From an uncultured Planctomycetaceae bacterium (lineage in GTDB: Bacteria; Planctomycetota; Planctomycetia; Pirellulales; PALSA-1355): a stretch of 64,000 nt of DNA. Of the stretch, positions 32,003 through 42,958 are shown piece after piece. Position numbers and translations under genes: made by a program. The notes beneath the pieces are model-generated. The model was not told where the DNA came from. It searched no databases and was given only the letters and a program-made list of their open reading frames with translations. Location of the stretch: NCBI GenBank assembly GCA_963785305.1, contig CAWAUV010000002.1:224001-288000 (forward strand). Direction: 5' to 3'. Position 1 is the stretch's first letter. Each line of letters starts with the position of its first letter.

Positions 32003-35000
32003 TTATTTCTTCTTCATCAAGGGGTCTTTGATCACCGGCGCGTTGGCCGGCGCCGGCATGCTCAAATCGATAAAGCGGGCATCGTCGACCTCCGCCCGAT
32101 TCGCCGTGCGCCAGTACATGATCTTGCGCGGTGGCTTTGGTCGGCGGGGCGCCCGGCTTCGCTTGGCGATACAGCTCCGCGTCGGCGCGACCGCTTCCTT
32201 CGAACACCAACAAGTCTTTCGCTTGGGCATAGGTCAAGCGATGCGCGCGGGCCGTGAAACTCTGCCCTTCGACAAGCGTGTTGCCGATCGCTTCCATTTC
32301 CATCGTGCCGCGCTCGTCGCGATTGGCCGCCGGCGCTTCGCGCACCGTGAGCTGGTCGCAGTGCATGTCGGCGCCGGTGGGTCCCCAGGTCGCCGAGTTG
32401 TCGGGATCGATCGTGTCTTGCCAGTCGTCGACCGGCGCGAACGTGGCCCGCACTCGATCGGCGAAGGTCAACTCACGACGATTGATGTTGCCGGTCAGAT
32501 CTCGCTCGAAGGTGACATGCAGATACGACAGCCGGCCACCGTCCTCGTCGGAGCCCTCGACCGCGAGCTCGCCCACTTGCCCGCGCGAACTGCCCGTCGC
32601 GGGCGCTTCGCTCGGATCGCGCTGTCTGCTCGCCCCGGTGGGTCGAATCTGACCGGCCGCTCGACCGGCGGGCGGTTTGCCGGGTGGTTTCGTGGCGGCG
32701 GAAGCGCCACGGCGGCACCGAGTTGAGCCAGCCGGGTCCCAGTCCGTGAATCGCGCCGCTGGTTTGATTGACCACCAGCGTGCGAAGCTCCATGTGATCG
32801 ATCGACTCGAGTCCTTTCTCGTCGAACGCGCGCGATTCGAGTCGCACATCGCCTTGGCAATCGACGATATCCAGTTCGTTGGCCCCGCCCGACGATTCGC
32901 CGGCATTGGCCGCGGGCGGCGGCGCGCTGAAGTCGACTCGGCGTTTGAGCGTGACTTGCAACAACTGGGTGCGCAGGTTTTGATGTTCGGCCCGGGCCAT
33001 GACCGATCGCTCGAACACGGCGAGCAGCCCATCGAAACGCATCGCACCCTGCCAGGTGATTTCGAGTGGTTGCTGGGGAGCGCCGCGCGGCTTGCGCGCG
33101 GGGGGCCTCGCGCGGCGGTTTCGCCGTCCCGCCCGCTTGCCCGCGGGGCGCCGCCAGTTGGCCTTGCATGGGCAGCGTCATGCGGCCGGCGCCATCGACC
33201 CACAAACGGTTGGCGCCCCGCTCCATTTGAATAATCGCGCCGCTGAGGGTCATGCCCCGGGCTTCGACATAACCCGGCTTTCCGCTCACGACCACATGCG
33301 CGTTTGGCGTGTCGGCAGCCGAGATATGCAAGTTGTTTCCACGCACCAAAAGCGGCTTATCGCCGGGCGCCGCGGTCTTGGTTTCCAAGAAGCGGGCATT
33401 TTCATCGACATCGACTTCCGACACCGCCATCGCCGGACCGTTGGCCGCTACCTTCATGCGCAGCGCGCCGCCCGATACATCGAACCTCTGCCCGGGAGCG
33501 CCAGGTTGCGCGGCCTGTTTGGGTGGCGGCGGAGGCGCTGCCGCCACGGGGGGAGCCGGAGCGGGCGCGGCGCCGGGCGCTGCCGCCGGAGCCGGGGCCG
33601 CCGCGGCCGGACGATTGATCCACACTTCCAGTTTGCTCGTGTCGCCGGTCAATTGCGGCGAATCGATTCGCACTCGCCGGCGCGCCATCAACCGTTCGAC
33701 CTGTATGCCGGACGCCGCGCCTTCGGTCCCCGGTGGTCCGCCTTTCGGCGGAGCGGGGGGCGCGGCGCCGGGCGGCGGCTGTGCTTCGGAAACCCAAATG
33801 AAAATCTCCTCGGCCGAGAGCGAGCCGGTGTCGGTCATGCGCATTTGCGCGTCGCCTAGCAAACTCACGAGGCTCAACGGTCCCTCGGGCTGCATCGTGA
33901 GCCGATTCGACCAACGAGCCTGATATTTGTGAATCGGGTCGCCTTCTGGAAAGCCTTGCAACGTGCCGGGCCCGATCGCCGTGAGGCGACCAAGCCGGCC
34001 GACCTTGGGGGGCTGATAATCGAGACGCTTGCAGCGAATCTCGTTGGGTCCCTGATTCAAAAGCACTTCCTTGGCGTCTTCCAAATGAATCGTTCCGGTC
34101 GGCAAGTCGTATTCCAACCGCTGGCAACGGGCATGGCCGCCATTCGAGGGCGAATACACGATCACCGGCTCGCCGCGGGCCTCGATCAGCCGCGGCTCGA
34201 GCTTCGAGAGTTGATTGGCGTCGGCCGTTTCGCGCGGTTTGTCGGCGCGTTGTTTCGTTGGCGGGGGCTCGATCGGTTCGCCTGGCTTGGGCGGCGGTTG
34301 CCGTTCCACGAAATAGATCGCCAGCATTTCGCAGCGCATCGAGTCGCTCGGGCCCACGGGATCGAGCTTCAGCACATTGACCTGCTCGGTGAATGTGGCC
34401 ACGTTGTGCACGACATCGAAACGAAACGGTCCCTGGCAAGTGACTTCCACCGGCGGATCGTTTTTGGGTGGATTGTTTTTCGTCGCGCCGCCTTTGGCCG
34501 TGTCGTTCTTTCGCGGCGGCTTGGCGCTAGCGACCGCGCTCGGCGCGTTGGCGGAGGATGGTTTGGCGGCGCCGGGCATCAGGCCCTTGTCGCCGAGTTG
34601 CATTCGCATCTTCACATCGCGCAGCAAGGTGAAATTGCGCATGCCATCGAAAGCCACCGCTTGGTTGTCGTTGGCGGCGGCGCCTTCTTTCCGGCCGAGC
34701 AAGATCACCATGTCGCGGCCGGTTCCGACATTGGGACCGAAGCGAAAGTCGACCACGTTCGGCGTCACGATCTTGTCGCCGACCAGCTTCACGTCGCGCG
34801 TGCGAATATCGAGCTCGTCGGCGGCGCCGGGCGCGGGTGGGGCATTGTGAATATGAATCGGCCCCGTGAGATCGCCGCCGATCAGCTTGCCAAGCTTGGC
34901 CCGTTTCAGGTCGAAACGCTCGTCGAACTGCAACACCGCGCCTTGCGGCGCTTCGAGCACCACGGCGCGACCTTCGTTGCCGGGCGGGGCCGCGGCGCCG

Positions 35001-35343
35001 CCGGGCGGCCTATCGCGCGGCAGAAAGAGCATCGTGAATGGATGTAGTTCCATGCGGCCATCGGGCAGATTCTTGTACTCGCGCACGAAGATGGTCGCAT
35101 CCTCGCTTTCGAGCACCTTGGCCTGTTCGAGTTCCCATGCGCCCTGGGGAAATAGCGGCCGAACTGCTTGGCGCGGTTTTGATTGCCGCGAGCGCGGCGA
35201 TCGGCTTGCGGCTGACCCTCGAACCGGGTTTCCGCCCGGGGCTCGACCAGCGGCACGACCGTGAACGAGTACACGCCATAGGCGCCGACGACAGCGCAGA
35301 AGCTGATTGCGGCGCGTCCGAGTTGACGAAGTTCGAGCGGCAT
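32003..35343 (-). CDS. Large (~1100 aa) membrane-anchored protein with repeated LptC/LptA(OstA)-like beta units; 4-5 frameshifts
   Basis: N-terminal TM (AAISFCAVVGAYGVYSFTVVPLVEP), beta-rich repeats such as VATFTEQVNV/MRCEML/IEARG/ARCQRLEY and LTFADRVRA/MHCDQL/MEAIG/ARAHRLTY. Starts immediately after the kdsC stop. Confidence 0.6.
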
Positions 35344-35344
35344 G

Positions 35345-35866
35345 TCACGTCAGATATTGCTGAATCAAATCCTCCCAACGGCCCTGCGCCTTGAGAATCA
35401 TTTCGATCGTCTCGCGCACCGCGCCTTCGCCGCCGCGCGCCTTGGTGATGAACCGCGCCGCGGCTCGCACCTCGGCCGAAGCGTCGGCCACCGCGACCCC
35501 CAGCCCCAGAGCGCGCACCGCGGGCAGATCGGGCAGGTCGTCGCCGATATAGCAGGTTTGCTCCGGGCTATACCCCAGTTCGCGCAGCACCTCGATCGCC
35601 GCCGGCAGCTTCTCTTCGGCTGTTTGCCGCACAATGTCGATGCCAAGCTCGGCGGCCCGCGTTTTAACGATGTGCGAACCGCGGCCGGTGATGAGGCCGA
35701 ACTTGTATCCGGCGCGTTGCCAGAGTTTGACGCCCAGCCCGTCGCGGACATGAAACTGCTTGCTTTCGATGCCCTGATTGTCGAAATAAATGCCGCCGCT
35801 CGTCATCACGCCGTCGACATCGGACAAGACGAGCTCGATCGTTTGGCATTGTTGCTCGAGTTTCAT
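35345..35866 (-). CDS. kdsC: KDO-8-phosphate phosphatase
   Basis: LSDVDGVMTSG, FHVRDGLG, ITGR, YIGDDLPD, GGEGAVRE. Confidence 0.93.
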   Translation of the reverse strand: MKLEQQCQTIELVLSDVDGVMTSGGIYFDNQGIESKQFHVRDGLGVKLWQRAGYKFGLITGRGSHIVKTRAAELGIDIVRQTAEEKLPAAIEVLRELGYSPEQTCYIGDDLPDLPAVRALGLGVAVADASAEVRAAARFITKARGGEGAVRETIEMILKAQGRWEDLIQQYLT

Positions 35867-37074
35867 GCGCCATCTCGCTTCGCGGAGCCGCGAAAACGGG
35901 GATGCTTGGGCCTCGGCGGCCGCGATTCAGCACCACCGGCCGATTCACTTCCCGACGCAACGGACGGCGCATCGAGCGCCGCGCCCAGGCCGGCTTCGGG
36001 AAACAGGCTCACGACATCCGTGATATCGATCATGCCCACGGGCCGCCCGTCGGCGTCGACGACCGGCAATTCGCTGATCTTGCGTTCGGCCAGAATCGCC
36101 ACCGCGTCGACCATCATCGAGCCTTGCGGCGCGGTGAGCGGGTGGCAAGTCATCACCGCGTGAATCGGGCCGTCGAGCGCGGCGTCGCGCCGGCTCTCGA
36201 AGAGTCGCACCAAGTCGCTATCGGTGAAAATGCCCGCGAGCAAGCCCGCGCCGTCGGTCAGCATAATCGCGCCGGCGCGTCGTCCGGAAGGGCGTCGGCG
36301 GGCAAAGATTTCGCGCACCGTGAGGTCGCGCGAGGCCACGCGGCATTCTTCGATCGGCCGCATGAAATCGTCGACTTTACTGAGCTGGCGCCCAAGCGCG
36401 CCGGCCGGATGAAAACGCGCGAAATCTTCCTTGCGAAAATCGCGCATCCGGCTGGTGACGAGCGCAAGCGCGTCGCCCAGGGCGAGCATCGCCGTGGTGC
36501 TCGTGCTGGGCGCGAGGCCCAGCGAGCAGGCTTCTTGCAATGGGCCCAGGTCGAGCACCACATGGGCCGCGCGGCCCAGGGCGCTCTTCGGCCGACCCGT
36601 GATCGCGATGACCCGGGTTCCAAAACTGGCCAGCGACGGCAAGAGTCGCACGACTTCTTCCGTCTCGCCGCTTTGCGAGAGAATCAGGAGCACATCGTGT
36701 TGATGGATGCGTCCCAGATCGCCATGAACCGCCTCGCCCGGATGGAGGAAATGGCTGCGCGTGCCGGTCGAAGCCAATGTGGCGGCGAGCTTTTGGCCGA
36801 TGAGTCCGGCCTTGCCCATGCCGGAAACGATCACGCTGCCCGCGCAGCCAAACACGATCTCAACCGCGCGGCAAAAGTTCGCGTCGAGCCGCCGGCCCAA
36901 CGCAAGGAGCGCTTGGGCTTCGATGTCGATAATCTCGCGCGCGTAAAGCAGTTGCTCCGATTCGGAATACGGGGCGAGAGCCGGCGCGGCCTTGATCAAC
37001 GCCTGGGGGCCGATGATCGGCGCTTGATCGGCGGCGCCGGGGACCACCGACTCGATATTCGTGGGCAAGCTCAT
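35863..37074 (-). CDS. kdsD: Arabinose-5-phosphate isomerase (KpsF/GutQ, SIS plus 2 CBS domains)
   Basis: SGMGKAG, ATLASTGT, HPGEAVHGDLG, SQSGETEE, APSTSTT, FHPAGALG, GIFTDSDL. Confidence 0.93.
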   Translation of the reverse strand: MSLPTNIESVVPGAADQAPIIGPQALIKAAPALAPYSESEQLLYAREIIDIEAQALLALGRRLDANFCRAVEIVFGCAGSVIVSGMGKAGLIGQKLAATLASTGTRSHFLHPGEAVHGDLGRIHQHDVLLILSQSGETEEVVRLLPSLASFGTRVIAITGRPKSALGRAAHVVLDLGPLQEACSLGLAPSTSTTAMLALGDALALVTSRMRDFRKEDFARFHPAGALGRQLSKVDDFMRPIEECRVASRDLTVREIFARRRPSGRRAGAIMLTDGAGLLAGIFTDSDLVRLFESRRDAALDGPIHAVMTCHPLTAPQGSMMVDAVAILAERKISELPVVDADGRPVGMIDITDVVSLFPEAGLGAALDAPSVASGSESAGGAESRPPRPKHPRFRGSAKRDGA

Positions 37075-37430
37075 AAGGTCATCCTTGACCAGCCACAATG
37101 GCTTTGGCGGAGGGATTCGCGATACGAAATACGCGATTGACCCCGATTTTAGCCGGCCTGCGTGGAACCAACAACGCCATGATTGCGAGACCACGCGCAA
37201 CACGGCGCCGAGACGAGTCCCTTGATGCCCTTCGCGATGGGCCGCCATCTGCTTCGCCAGCATTGCTGGCGCCAAGCTCCCCGCGAAATAATTTGCGCAA
37301 TCGCAAACATCGACTGGCCGATCTTGTACCCGACGATCGATCCTCTTTACAATCCGGCGGCTTTCCGCTGCTCGCCGCGCAACCTTCATCGCGCGGCGCA
37401 TCGCTACTCGCGTCTAAAAGGCAAACGGCC

Positions 37431-38579
37431 GTGTGGTTTTCGCGTATCATCTGGAAAAACCTCTTGCAGCGGCGGCTGCGCACGGTGATGACCTGCGCCG
37501 GACTCGCGATCGCGGTGGCGGCAATGACATCGCTCGCCGGCGTCGCGCGTAGCTTTGGACGAGCGGGCGTTGATTTCTACGCGACCCGCGGGGTCGATAT
37601 CGTGGTGGTGCGAGCCGGAGTGGCCGAACGCATCACGAGCACGCTTCCCGCGGAATTCGCCGACCAAATCGCGCGGGCGCCGGGCGTGGCTCAAGTCGCC
37701 GCCGGCCTCACGGAAATGGTTTCGTTTGGCGATGGCGATCTGGTGGGCATTCCGCTGCGCGGAGCGCCCAAGCAAGGCTTTGCACTCGATCAATATGTGG
37801 CCACCAGCGGTCGCAAGCTCGCGGCCGACGATCATCGCGCCGTGCTCTTGGGCGAAAGTCTCGCCGAAGCGTTGAAAAAGAAAGCGGGCGACACGCTCGC
37901 TATCGAAGGCACGCCATTCGCGGTCGTCGGCGTGTTTCAAGCGTCGAACCCGCTCGAGACGTTGTCCGCCGTGACGCTTCTCGACGACTTGCAGCAGCTC
38001 ATGGATCGCAAAGGCCAAGTCTCGGAAATTCAAGTCCGAGTCGACCGCGCGATCACGTCGGAAGCCGCGCTCGCCCAGGTGTGCCATGCCATCGAATTGC
38101 TCGCCGGTCCCTCGGGCGAACCGTTGGGAGTGAAAGCCCTCGCCACGCGGGCCTTCGTGGCCAGCGGCTCGGAAACACGACTCATGTCCGCCATGGCCCT
38201 GGGCGCTTCGCTGGTCGCCACCGCGCTCACATTGCTTGGCGTGCTCAACACCATGTGGATGTCGGTGCTCGAACGCACCCAGGAGATCGGCGTGCTCCGA
38301 GCGATCGGTTGGTCGCGATCGCGGATCGCGCGGATGATCGTCGGCGAGTCGCTGCTGCTGGCGACCGCGGGCGGGGTCGCTGGCGTGTTGGCGGCTTGGC
38401 TCCTCACGCGCGCGCTGCTGGGAATGGTCGCGGCCGAAGGTTGGCTCGCCGCGGAGATCGATCCCACGGCGACCATGCTCGGGTTTGCCGCGGCGCTGGT
38501 CGCCGCGCTGCTCGGCGCGATGTTTCCCGCTTGGAATGCGACACGAATTCCCGCCGTGGAGGCCCTGCGATATGAATAA
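37431..38579 (+). CDS. ABC transporter permease (MacB/FtsX family)
   Basis: KNLLQRRLRT, periplasmic domain, NTMWMSVLERTQEIGVLRAIGW, PAVEALRYE; GTG start. Confidence 0.9.
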   Translation: MWFSRIIWKNLLQRRLRTVMTCAGLAIAVAAMTSLAGVARSFGRAGVDFYATRGVDIVVVRAGVAERITSTLPAEFADQIARAPGVAQVAAGLTEMVSFGDGDLVGIPLRGAPKQGFALDQYVATSGRKLAADDHRAVLLGESLAEALKKKAGDTLAIEGTPFAVVGVFQASNPLETLSAVTLLDDLQQLMDRKGQVSEIQVRVDRAITSEAALAQVCHAIELLAGPSGEPLGVKALATRAFVASGSETRLMSAMALGASLVATALTLLGVLNTMWMSVLERTQEIGVLRAIGWSRSRIARMIVGESLLLATAGGVAGVLAAWLLTRALLGMVAAEGWLAAEIDPTATMLGFAAALVAALLGAMFPAWNATRIPAVEALRYE

Positions 38580-39330
38580 ACCCGGTCATGAACCCTTGAT
38601 CCGCGTCGAACATGTCCATCGCCGCTACGACGAAGGCGCCGTGCGGGCATTGGACGATGTGTCGCTGTCGGTCGACCACGGCGAATACCTCGCGATCATG
38701 GGCCCAAGCGGCAGCGGTAAATCGACTCTCCTCAATCTGCTCGGCGCGCTCGATCGGCCCGACGAAGGCGAAATCTTCTTCGAGGGCAAGCCACTCGCCC
38801 AGGAGCGGAACCTCGACCGGTTTCGCTCGCATCGCATAGGATTCGTATTCCAATCCTTCCATCTCTTGCCGACGCTAACCGCGATCGAAAACATTCAAAT
38901 TCCCATGTTCGAGGGCCCGCTCAAAGCCGCCGAGCGAGCACAGCGCACCGGCGAATTGCTCGCCGCCGTGGGCCTCGCGCATCGCGCGCGGCATTTGCCA
39001 TGCAAACTTTCGGTGGGCGAACGACAGCGCGTGGCGATTGCCCGAGCGCTCGCCAATCGGCCGCGGGTTCTCCTGGCCGATGAGCCGACCGGCAACCTCG
39101 ATTCCGCGGCCGGGGCCGATGTGCTCAACCTCTTCGACCGGCTGCATCGCGAGGAAGGTTTGACGTTGGTGGTCATTACCCATGGCGCCGAAGTCGCGGC
39201 CCGCGCCGAGAGAACCGTTTGGATTCGCGATGGCCGGCTCGGCCACGCGCCGGTCCGCGGACGCCCGAGCCCGACGCCAAGCGACTCGCGCCCGCTCAAG
39301 ATCGAATCCCGCCCGAGCCAAGCAGCCTAG
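38572..39330 (+). CDS. ABC transporter ATP-binding protein (LolD/MacB-like)
   Basis: GPSGSGKS, IGFVFQ, LSVGERQRVAIARAL, LLADEPTGNLD, ITH. Confidence 0.95.
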   Translation: MNKPGHEPLIRVEHVHRRYDEGAVRALDDVSLSVDHGEYLAIMGPSGSGKSTLLNLLGALDRPDEGEIFFEGKPLAQERNLDRFRSHRIGFVFQSFHLLPTLTAIENIQIPMFEGPLKAAERAQRTGELLAAVGLAHRARHLPCKLSVGERQRVAIARALANRPRVLLADEPTGNLDSAAGADVLNLFDRLHREEGLTLVVITHGAEVAARAERTVWIRDGRLGHAPVRGRPSPTPSDSRPLKIESRPSQAA

Positions 39331-39383
39331 AATGAGTCGCCGCGGCGTCATCGCATCTTCACGCTTCCGGAGTTCACGTGCTC

Positions 39384-40511
39384 ATGCGTCTCGCCCATGT
39401 AGCCTGTAGCAATCTGCGGCGTCGCTCGGCGCGAACTTGGCTTACCGTGCTTGGCATCGCGCTGGCGGTGGCCACCGTGACGGGGCTGGTCGGCGTGTCG
39501 GAGTCGCTCGAAAGTTCGTTTCTTGCCATGTACAACCGCCGCGGCGCCGATGTGGTGGTGCAGCGGCGGGGCGGAACAGTGCAAATCGCCAAAGGTCTGC
39601 CCGCCGCGCTCGGAGATCGGATTCGCGCCCTGCCCGAGGCGGCCGAAGTCATCGGCGGCCTCATGGACATGGTAACCTTCGAGCAAGCGGGACTCTTCAT
39701 GGTGATCGTCAATGGCTGGGCGCCCGATTGCCCGGTGCTCGATCGCGTGCGCACTCTCGAAGGCCGGCGGCTCGTCGCGGGCGACGCGCGAAAGGTGATG
39801 CTCGGCCGCGTGCTCGCGGCGCAGCTCGGCAAAAAAACCGGCGATCAGGTCGATTTCTATTCGCGCCTCGTTCGAGGTCGTGGGCGTGTTCGAGGGCTGT
39901 AGCATTTATGAAGACGGGGCGGCGTTTCTCTTGCTCGACGAGCTTCAGCGCCAAATGGATCGGCCCGGTCAACTCACGGGTTATATCGTGCAGGCGCATC
40001 CCGCGGGCGACGCCGACGCGATCGCGCGGTTGCGCGCGAAGATCGAAGCGCTCGATCCCGAGGTCGCGGCGACGCCGTGCGCCGAGTTCGTGCATTCGCT
40101 CGCCCAAATGCGCGTTGTGCGCACTCTCGCCACGCTGGTCTCCTGCATTGCCGGGCTGCTCGGGGCGCTCGGAATGCTCAACACGATGGCGATGAGCGTG
40201 TTTGAGCGGCGGCGCGAATTCGGCATGCTGCGCGCGATTGGCTGGCGACGGCGGCGCATCGTGGGACTCGTGCTCTTGGAATCGCTGGTCTTGGCCGCGG
40301 GAGGCGCGGTCGTGGGACTCGCGATCGGTTTGAGCGTGCCCACGGCGCTACGCGCACTTTCCGCCCACGGCGGTGCTCGTGGCGGGCGGGCTTTCGCGAG
40401 TCGGCGCTGGCCGGCGGGGCGTTGGCGCTGGCCACGGCGATTCTCGGCGCGTCGCTGCCGGCTTATCAATGCACGCGGGTTTCACCAGCCGCGGCAATGC
40501 GGGGAACATGA
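39384..40511 (+). CDS. ABC transporter permease (MacB/FtsX family; 2-3 frameshifts)
   Basis: NLRRRSARTWLT, NTMAMSVFERRREFGMLRAIGW, ending ...PAYQCTRVSPAAAMRGT*. Confidence 0.85.
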
Positions 40512-40515
40512 TCCC

Positions 40516-41897
40516 TTATTGCACGTCGCATCGCATGCTCGTCAGTTTGCCGCCCGGCGGAAGCTCGAGGCGGTCTTTCAGCTCGAGCCGCGCCACGATC
40601 TTCGCTTCGAAGAACGATTCGAGCGCCTGGGTCAGGCGGCGCGAGTGTTCATCGCTCCAGGCTCGACTCGGCACGATGCGAACCAGCACTTCGTCGAGCG
40701 CTGTTTGAATCACTTGATGCTGATGATGGCCACCCAGCGATGTGAGCGCCAGCACCAGGTCGGTGGCATGTTTCCGTCGACCGTCGGCGAGTTTGAAATG
40801 CGGCCGCGCTTTGCCTTCCACGGCTCGGAGCAGCGGAAGCCCGCGCCGCAGGGACATGCTCCCTCGGCCCAGGTGGCTCGATCGCCAATGTCGTAGCGCA
40901 CGAACGGCGTGCGAAAATTGTGCAACACGGTCAGGACCACCCGGCCCGATTGGCCTGGCGGCGCGGGGCGATCGTGTTCATCGAGAAGTTCCACGATCAC
41001 ATTCTCGCCGTGAACATGCAGCCCCCGACCGGCCGGACACGGCGACGCGACATAGCCCGCCTCGGCGCAGCTATAAAGATTCTTCACCGGCGCCGAGAAG
41101 GCGGCCTCGATCTTGGCCCGCGCCGGCGCCGAGAGCGTTTCTGAAATCGACTGGATCACCGCGAGCTTCGGAAATCGCCGCGGCTCATCGGCGAGCAGAC
41201 TGGCCAGAAGCTCGAGGTTCGAAGCATGGCTGAGCAAATAGTCGGGGTTCACCTGCTCGAGCCACGCAAGCTGACGCCGCGGCTCTTGACGAATATCCAT
41301 GCCGTGGAGCGGGCCCGTCGCGATGAGCGGCTCGAGAATCGGGTTCCATGACGACATCGTCAACCCGGCCAAGAGCTCATCGAGTTCGGCGCCGGTTTTG
41401 AGCGTGGCGCGAATCGCGGCCAGAGTTCCCTCGGGCCGCATGCCGCTCCATTCGAGATCGCGTAAATACAGTGCCAGCCACCAGACATAGAAGCGGTTCG
41501 TCTTCAGCACCCGCACCGGCACGCCGGTCGAGCCCGAGGAACGATCTTCGTCGAGCGCCACGGTTCCCTTGGGCAATTGCTCGGCTTCGAAGCGGTCGAA
41601 TTGTTCTTGCCATGCGCGACGCGATAGCAGCGGAATCCGCCGCAGGTCTTCGAGCGACCGCACCGAGTCGGGCGTGATCGCGAGCGTGGTCAGCAACTCG
41701 CGATAGTAGGGAACATGCCGGGCACAATGTTCCAAGAGGGCGCGGCATTGAAGCAATTGGCGTTCGACAAGCTGCTCGGGCGCCAGCCACTGGGTCTCGC
41801 CGAGGGCGAGATAGGCGGCCCAAACTTGCGCGAGACCGGCCTCGGCAAGGGGCGGCCAAGCAGCACCGGGTAGGGGGCGAGGGCTGAAATGGGCCAT
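40516..41897 (-). CDS. Phenylacetate-CoA ligase family / CapK-like AMP-forming ligase (frameshift near 40815)
   Basis: HVPYYREL, SSGSTGVP, YSCAEAG, GRVVLTVLHN, PFVRYDIGD, CPC; continues as RGLPLLRAVEGK in ORF 40516..40857. Confidence 0.82.
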
Positions 41898-42132
41898 GCG
41901 AATTCCGATCGCGCGGGTGGCCGACGTGGAATTGGGGGCTGGCGCATGGGCTAGGCGTTGCGATTCGCGCCACTGTTCACCACGGCGCGACCCACATTGC
42001 CAATCCTACTTTTTCGTAATTCCGCGCGCAGCCGGAGGATTTTATCGACGGATTGGCTGCGAATATTCGATGAATTCCGATAGCGGCTTGCACTCCGCGG
42101 CCGCGAGTTTCCTGTTTTGGAGGGTTCCTACC

Positions 42133-42333
42133 ATGGGTGGAGCCGAAGGTGTGAGCAGCAGTGGCGGCGCGGCCGCTTACTTTGCCGCTCAAGTGCAATC
42201 CCAGGCCGCGGCGAGTGTCGCGGTAAGCTCGGCGGGCGCGAGTGCGTCGAGCAACCTTTCCGGTGGAGAGGGCGGTGGGGCGCCGGCGGTGAGCGCCTCG
42301 GGCAATGGGCAACTGTTCAGCGAAACCGCGTAG
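42133..42333 (+). CDS. Small Ala/Ser/Gly-rich protein (66 aa)
   Basis: GGAGG-type RBS upstream, fills an intergenic gap, ends GNGQLFSETA*. Confidence 0.45.
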   Translation: MGGAEGVSSSGGAAAYFAAQVQSQAAASVAVSSAGASASSNLSGGEGGGAPAVSASGNGQLFSETA

Positions 42334-42530
42334 CAAGCGACTCATGTCGCAAGTCTCGCGGTCCGCAAGCAATACAGGGAAACACCGGCGTCGTCCGGCA
42401 TTCCTCGATTGTGGAACGTTTCTTCCTGCCCAAAGAGACGCTAGCGCATCGGATCGAATCGAGCAGCGCGGACTGTCAAAAGTCCGCGCTGCTTTTGCAT
42501 TTTGGCCCCAACTTCCCCGAGCTGGCGCGC

Positions 42531-42949
42531 TCAGGGATTCGATATGGCCTGGACTTCTCGATCGAGAATGATCGTCGACGAGATCGGCTGGCTGCCGGTG
42601 AAAAACCGCATGAACCAGCTATTGTTCGCCGGGCTGGCCGATACCGTAACCTGCACCGTGCTGCTGGTGTAGGAAATCGGGTTGGGCGACACCGTGACCG
42701 TGGCGTTTTTGATGCCCACGGCATTGGTGATGTTGGTGGCGGCGGTGGTGGCGTCGGAAGTCTGCGCGTCGAGCGCCAGGCCCGCGGCGCGCCTTCGAAT
42801 GCCGCCTGCCGCACCGTCTGCTGAATTTGCAGTTCGCGCGAGAATTCGATGATGCCGAACAGCACCATGATCAGCACCGGCACGCAGATCGCGAACTCGG
42901 CGGTCGCCGCGCCGCGCCGCGATCGTTGTCTTTTCCGGCAAGGGCTCAT
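42531..42949 (-). CDS. TadE-like pseudopilin (frameshift near 42785)
   Basis: RRG|AATAEFAICVPVLIMVLFGIIEF...QAAFEGA prepilin/TadE motif. Confidence 0.82.
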
Positions 42950-42958
42950 ATCGGGTTC

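Noticed and set aside
42057..42083. Sigma-28-like promoter (TCCGATAG) before the small ORF
   Set aside because: No TAAA -35 element at the correct spacing.
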